Shown: piece by piece, positions 59,224-64,000 of the stretch
Position numbering within the stretch: the first letter of the stretch is position 1
Layout of the letters: every line of letters begins with the position of its first letter
Assembly (NCBI GenBank): GCA_021741155.1
Contig: JAIOYP010000003.1
Span: 7,950 to 71,949 of the forward strand
Length of the DNA: 64,000 bases
Direction of reading: 5' to 3'
Source of the DNA: Flavobacteriales bacterium
GTDB taxonomy: Bacteria; Bacteroidota; Bacteroidia; UBA10329
Program-made: the position numbers and the translations under genes
Notes under the pieces: generated by a model
The model's input: the letters and a program-made list of their open reading frames with translations, nothing else
Told to the model about the DNA's origin: nothing
Database searches by the model: none

Positions 59224-60525
59224 TCACACTACTTCTGCTACCACAAATGTGCTGCCGCCAACATAGATGATTTCATCCGCTTTGGTGAGTTGTTTTGCAG
59301 CTTGCAATGCTTCTGATACCGACTGAAATGAATTGTGTTGCAATCCTAATTCGCTCGCTTTTTGTTCAAGCACGGAAACATCTAACCCTCTTGGCACATC
59401 GGGCTTACAGAAATAGTAATTGGCATCTTTCGGCAACATCCTGAGTGTTTTAGAAACATCCTTGTCGTTTACCATTCCCCACACGAAGTGTAGTTGCTCT
59501 GGCTTGCGGTTGGATAGCAGCCGTTGTAAATTAGGCAGCAAGCCTTCCATATTATGGCCAGTATCGCAAACAACCAACGGATTGCGTTGTAGTATTTGCC
59601 ATCGGCCCAGAAGCCCGGTTCGATCAACAACTGTTTTTACCCCTTCTTTAAAATGATCAAGCGTAACGTTCCAACCTGCATCGCTCAAGGTTCTAACTGC
59701 CTCAAGCACGGTAATAAGGTTTTTTGTTTGATGTGGACCTGTTAGCTGGGCCTCTACATCCAACTCAACTCCATCGTAATGACGCACGCTCATCTTAAGC
59801 GAGTAATCGTCTACTGAATTGGATAAAAGCTCAGCATTACGGATTTCCCATTCGCGGTTGGCGAAACGCAAACGGCTATTGGTTAGCCGAGCTTTTTCTT
59901 CAAATACTTCTGCCACTTCTTGCTGAAACTCACCGATAACAACAGGAACGTTTGGTTTGATGATTCCTGCTTTCTCTCCTGCTATTTCTGGCAGTGTTTC
60001 TCCTAGAAACTGTTGATGATCGTAACCGATGTTTGTGATAACAGAAAGCGCTGGAGTGATGATATTGGTGCTATCCAATCTGCCACCTAAGCCCACTTCA
60101 ACGATGGCAATATCTACCTGATTCTTGGCAAAATGGTCGAATGCTAAGGCCACGGTCATTTCAAAGAAGGATGGTTTAATACGTTCAAAATCGCTTTGAA
60201 ACTTCTCCACGAAATCAACCACCGATTGTTCGGATATCATCTGTCCATCCATCTTAATGCGCTCGCGAAAATCCCTTAAGTGAGGCGAAGTGTAGAGCCC
60301 CACTTTATAACCTGCCGATTGAAAAACGGAAGCCAACATATGGCTAACAGAACCTTTGCCGTTGGTTCCGGCTACATGAATACTCTTGAATTTGTGCTGC
60401 GGATTTCCGAGCAATTGGCACAGAGCAAGTGTATTGGTAAGGTCTTTCTTAAATGCAGGAGCACCTTGCCGCTGATACATCGGCAGCTGGCTGAAGAGGT
60501 AGTCCAGCGTTTCCGCGTAATTCAT
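59224..60525 (-). CDS. folC: Folylpolyglutamate synthase / dihydrofolate synthase
   Basis: HVAGTNGKGS, YTSPHL, EVGLGGRLDSTN, IAGEKAGII, CDTGHN. Confidence 0.97.
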   Translation of the reverse strand: MNYAETLDYLFSQLPMYQRQGAPAFKKDLTNTLALCQLLGNPQHKFKSIHVAGTNGKGSVSHMLASVFQSAGYKVGLYTSPHLRDFRERIKMDGQMISEQSVVDFVEKFQSDFERIKPSFFEMTVALAFDHFAKNQVDIAIVEVGLGGRLDSTNIITPALSVITNIGYDHQQFLGETLPEIAGEKAGIIKPNVPVVIGEFQQEVAEVFEEKARLTNSRLRFANREWEIRNAELLSNSVDDYSLKMSVRHYDGVELDVEAQLTGPHQTKNLITVLEAVRTLSDAGWNVTLDHFKEGVKTVVDRTGLLGRWQILQRNPLVVCDTGHNMEGLLPNLQRLLSNRKPEQLHFVWGMVNDKDVSKTLRMLPKDANYYFCKPDVPRGLDVSVLEQKASELGLQHNSFQSVSEALQAAKQLTKADEIIYVGGSTFVVAEVV

Positions 60526-61349
60526 TACTCCAGAATGAAGACGAAGGTCATATAGCCTTTTTGCTGAATGGCGGCATCAGACTTGGCGTTGAATTTAGTG
60601 TTGTAAGCCGCTTCGGTTGCTAGTTTCTCCAAATGGCGGTCGGTGGTGGTTGAGCCGCGCGAACCCGGAGTTGCTTTCACAACTTTACCGTATTTATCTA
60701 CAATGATTTCTACAACCACCTTACCTTCTTTCTGAGAGGTGTCGACAATTTTAGGAGCGCTAACGAGCGAACGTCCGCCTAAATCAAAAGAAAAGCCATC
60801 TCCACTTCCTCCTAAACCATGCGGTGCGCCTGGTGTACCGTTTAACGAGCCTTGATTTCCGCCCGGTTGATTGTTTCCTTCGCCTTTACCCTTTCCTTCT
60901 TTGGCTTTGGCAAAAAGGGCATCGCTGGCAGCTTTCTTTTCTGCTTGAACGCGCGCTTCTTCAGCTTTACGTCTTTCTTCCTCAGCTTTTTTCTCGGCCT
61001 CCTCTTGCTGTTTTTTCTTCTGTTCCTTTTTCAGGGCAATGGCATCTAGCATTTCCTGCGTAACCACTTCTTCCTCCACCACCGGTGTAGAAACTTCTTC
61101 AACCGCTGTTTCTACAGGTGTTACTTCCTCTTCAGCTACTTCCTCAACGATTTCTTCTGATTGAGCCGGGTCCATCTCCGAATCTCCAAGGCCTGTTTCG
61201 GTATTTCCGAAATTAATCATCATGCCTTCTTCGGGCTTTGGATGTATGTAGGTGAGTCCCAAAAACAGGAATAGCAGCAACAGCAACGCATGTATCGTAA
61301 GCGTTGTAACGAGGGCTTTACTCTTGTTTTTCTTTTCTTCAGAGGTCAT
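60525..61349 (-). CDS. TonB-family energy transducer
   Basis: N-terminal anchor with conserved His (TLTIHALLL), charged linker, C-terminal TonB_C fold; start re-called at MTSEEKK. Confidence 0.85.
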   Translation of the reverse strand: MTSEEKKNKSKALVTTLTIHALLLLLFLFLGLTYIHPKPEEGMMINFGNTETGLGDSEMDPAQSEEIVEEVAEEEVTPVETAVEEVSTPVVEEEVVTQEMLDAIALKKEQKKKQQEEAEKKAEEERRKAEEARVQAEKKAASDALFAKAKEGKGKGEGNNQPGGNQGSLNGTPGAPHGLGGSGDGFSFDLGGRSLVSAPKIVDTSQKEGKVVVEIIVDKYGKVVKATPGSRGSTTTDRHLEKLATEAAYNTKFNAKSDAAIQQKGYMTFVFILE

Positions 61350-61371
61350 AGTAAACCTTTGTGTCGTGTTT

Positions 61372-61764
61372 TTATTCTGGCTTAGTTGCCAGCACAATCT
61401 TGTATTGATTTTGATAAGCGATATCCATCACTTTTACCGCATATTCTATTGGAACTCCTTTCTCTACTCGAAGCACTATTACTTTCTCTTCGGCAGTTGC
61501 TAGACGCTGATTAATTGCTGATTCCATAAATGCAGGTTCAACTTTGTCTCGATCTATGTAATGAACCAAGTCTTTGTCTATAGAAACAGAAACAGTTTCC
61601 TTCTTTACGGATTTAGACTTACTGCTTGGCAATACGAGGTCTAAGGCATTTGTGGTTACCAGTGTAGAGGTAAGCATGAAGAATATTAACAACAGGAATA
61701 CGATGTCGGTCATAGACGACATATTGAAGTTCGGACTGACTTTGTTTCTTGTTTTGAGACCCAT
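61372..61764 (-). CDS. exbD: Biopolymer transport protein ExbD/TolR
   Basis: SSMTDIVFLLLIFFML. Confidence 0.93.
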   Translation of the reverse strand: MGLKTRNKVSPNFNMSSMTDIVFLLLIFFMLTSTLVTTNALDLVLPSSKSKSVKKETVSVSIDKDLVHYIDRDKVEPAFMESAINQRLATAEEKVIVLRVEKGVPIEYAVKVMDIAYQNQYKIVLATKPE

Positions 61765-61770
61765 TTTTTC

Positions 61771-61805
61771 TAATTATTAATTCGTAATTCTCAATTAATA
61801 ATTGA
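61771..61805. repeat. Five tandem heptamers YAATTNN in the exbB-exbD spacer
   Basis: taattat taattcg taattct caattaa taattga. Confidence 0.75.
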
Positions 61806-62507
61806 TTAAGCTGGTTCGTGAAGGAGGTCGATAAACTCGGTAGAGCGCGCTTCCATCTTAAAAACCACGTTCTCAACTTTGGCAACCAACGAGTTGTATC
61901 CCAAATAAGCCATAATACCAACTACAAGTCCGGCCACGGTAGTTGTCATGGCTGTATAAATTCCTCCAGCAAGCATTTCTACGTTCACCGATCCACCGGC
62001 CATGGCCATTTCGTGAAAAGCGAGAATCATCCCAATCACGGTTCCAAGAAAGCCAATCATAGGTGCGGCTCCCGAAATGGTTGCTAATGCTGCTAAGTTC
62101 TTCTCCAATTTGTAGGTTTCTAGTTTACCTACATTTTCTACTGCAGCAGAAATATCTCCCAACGGACGACCAATTCTCGAAATGCCTTTTTCAATCATTC
62201 TAGAAACTGGGCTATCTGTTCGGAGGCAAAGTGCTTTAGCAGAAGCCAAATCGCCTTTATGAATGGCATCTTTTACCGCGCTCATAAACGCTGCATCCTC
62301 TTCTCCTGCTTTGCGTATGGTGAGGTATCGTTCTACAAAAATGTAGATGGCCACAATGGAAAGTATAAGCAGCGAGAGCATGATGATGTTTCCGCCAATT
62401 CCTCCAGAGGTCATCAATTCTAAAATGGAAAGGGTTTTTTCTTCTCCTATTTCTTCGGGCACCATTGTTTCTTGTGCCATTGCTGTTGTGATGAACATCA
62501 AATTCAT
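61806..62507 (-). CDS. exbB: MotA/TolQ/ExbB proton channel protein
   Basis: LATISGAAPMIGFLGTVIGM, GIYTAMTTTVAGLVVGI. Confidence 0.93.
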   Translation of the reverse strand: MNLMFITTAMAQETMVPEEIGEEKTLSILELMTSGGIGGNIIMLSLLILSIVAIYIFVERYLTIRKAGEEDAAFMSAVKDAIHKGDLASAKALCLRTDSPVSRMIEKGISRIGRPLGDISAAVENVGKLETYKLEKNLAALATISGAAPMIGFLGTVIGMILAFHEMAMAGGSVNVEMLAGGIYTAMTTTVAGLVVGIMAYLGYNSLVAKVENVVFKMEARSTEFIDLLHEPA

Positions 62508-62840
62508 GCGTTTTTTCTTAAAGGTTGAGGTAGTTTACTTCGAATCGAAATTACTATTGACGAATGTGAGGTGAATGCAATCTGCTTTCACTTACAAACA
62601 CCAAAATGTTAGCTTTAGTATAAACCAAGGTTAGAAAGTTCTTTCTTAAGCCGACCTAGTTTAAAATTTGCAACATAATTGAAGGCGGGAGCTAGTTTGG
62701 TAGATTGCTCGAATCAAAATGTAAGAAGTAGCAAGATAGTATGTTCAGAATCTGTGTAGGTTAATCAGCGTTGTGCAGTTTTCGGCTATTCTATCTCATT
62801 TTTTCTTAACCTTGAAACGCACTTACGCATAGGCACTAGG

Positions 62841-64000
62841 ATGACGAATTTCTTATTGAGTATTCCATTGATGGACGCAGGTATTTCTTTCATGAGCATT
62901 TCTCGCGGACTGCTTGGCATGTTGGTGCTAGTTGGCATTGGCTTCCTTTTTAGCCAAGATAAAAAGGCTATAGACTGGAAACTTATTGGAACAGGATTGC
63001 TCATTCAGCTTGTATTAGCCATTGCCATCCTAAAAATTGATTGGGTTGCAACGGGTTTTGATGTGGTTGGAAAAGGATTTGTGAAGATGATTTCCTTCAC
63101 CGATTTCGGTTCAGACTTTCTGTTCTCTTCGTTTGTAACAGGAAGCTCCGAAGTGGCCGTTATTAGCTTCGCTTTCAGAATACTTCCTACCATCGTTTTC
63201 TTCTCAGCGCTTACCTCCCTCCTTTATTATATAGGAGTGCTTCAAAAAATTGTGTTCGTTTTTGCCTGGTTGATGAAGAAGACCATGAACCTTTCGGGTG
63301 CCGAAAGTTTGGCAGCTGCCGGAAACATCTTCTTGGGTCAAACCGAATCTCCTTTCCTCATCAAACCCTATTTGGATAAGATGACCAAGAGCGAGATTAT
63401 GTGTTTGATGACCGGAGGCATGGCAACCATAGCAGGTGGCGTTTTGGCGGCCTACATTGGGTTTCTGGGTGGAGAAGATCCAGCCCAGCAGATTTTATTT
63501 GCCAAACACCTTTTGGCTGCTTCGGTCATGTCGGCCCCCGCGGCAGTTGTTGCTGCAAAGTTGCTCGTTCCGGAAAAGGAAAAGTTTAATGAGAGCATGG
63601 AGATTAGCAAGGATAAGATGGGCGCAAATGTGCTAGAGGCAGTTGCCAACGGCACTTCTGATGGCGTAAAACTTGCCGTTAACGTGGGCGCCATGCTTTT
63701 GGTTTTTACAGCCTTTGTGTACATGGGCAATTGGATTATGCGCGATCTTATTGGAGATGTAACCGGCCTTAATGCCATCATTATTGCCAATACAGGCTTT
63801 GATGGGCTAAGCTTTCAATTCCTTGTAGGCTACACCTTTGCCCCTATTGCCTGGTTGATGGGCGTGCCCACCGAAGACATCTTCTTGGTAGGACAACTCT
63901 TAGGCGAGAAAACCATTCTCAACGAATTTTACGCCTACAAAACCTTGGGCGAGATGAAATTCGGTGGCATGTTTGTTCACGAAAAATCGATGATTATGGC
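62841..64000 (+). CDS. Concentrative nucleoside transporter (NupC/CNT family), 3' end outside the window
   Basis: Not in the ORF track. ATG 62841 or 62871 reads ..SRGLLGMLVLVGIGFLFSQDKKAIDWKL; FAFRILPTIVFFSAL, NIFLGQTESP, MTGGMATIAG, GEKTILNEF. Confidence 0.93.
   Translation, partial: MTNFLLSIPLMDAGISFMSISRGLLGMLVLVGIGFLFSQDKKAIDWKLIGTGLLIQLVLAIAILKIDWVATGFDVVGKGFVKMISFTDFGSDFLFSSFVTGSSEVAVISFAFRILPTIVFFSALTSLLYYIGVLQKIVFVFAWLMKKTMNLSGAESLAAAGNIFLGQTESPFLIKPYLDKMTKSEIMCLMTGGMATIAGGVLAAYIGFLGGEDPAQQILFAKHLLAASVMSAPAAVVAAKLLVPEKEKFNESMEISKDKMGANVLEAVANGTSDGVKLAVNVGAMLLVFTAFVYMGNWIMRDLIGDVTGLNAIIIANTGFDGLSFQFLVGYTFAPIAWLMGVPTEDIFLVGQLLGEKTILNEFYAYKTLGEMKFGGMFVHEKSMIM

Noticed and set aside
62610-62720. 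Purine riboswitch or tRNA-like sequence upstream of the nucleoside transporter
   Set aside because: The core purine-riboswitch motifs (AATATGG, GTTTCTAC, CCGTAAA) and a T-loop cloverleaf are absent.

Overview
Core-genome segment of a Bacteroidota bacterium, most likely Flavobacteriales outside Flavobacteriaceae (inferred from TAnnTTTG -7 promoters, A-rich leaders without Shine-Dalgarno, a T9SS cargo protein and futalosine-pathway mqnA). It holds the tRNA-tuf-secE-nusG-rplKAJL-rpoBC cluster, rpsU-xerC-raiA, pyrF/pyrG/yidC, mqnA/purB, hutU, a 2.3-kaa T9SS surface protein with a PID-CTERM-like partner, an AlgI/AlgJ pair, a MazEF-type TA module, pheT, Sua5, recG, tRNA-Val, exbB-exbD-tonB-folC and a partial CNT nucleoside transporter. 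No transposase, reverse transcriptase, phage gene or CRISPR array was seen. The standout signal is a set of short non-autonomous palindromic repeats that have entered protein-coding genes. A GC-rich hairpin unit (core CCCCTCC-NAA-GGAGGGG) occurs about 10 times, mostly as 110-150 bp inverted doublets. These are inserted in frame twice in hutU and once in the essential pheT, and unit copies supply the stop codons of purB and a DUF5522 gene (both end PLP*). One PLP-enzyme gene carries three other repeat types in frame, and a nested repeat supplies both stop codons of the convergent sua5/recG pair. Family assignments come from motif recognition by eye; no database searches were run.
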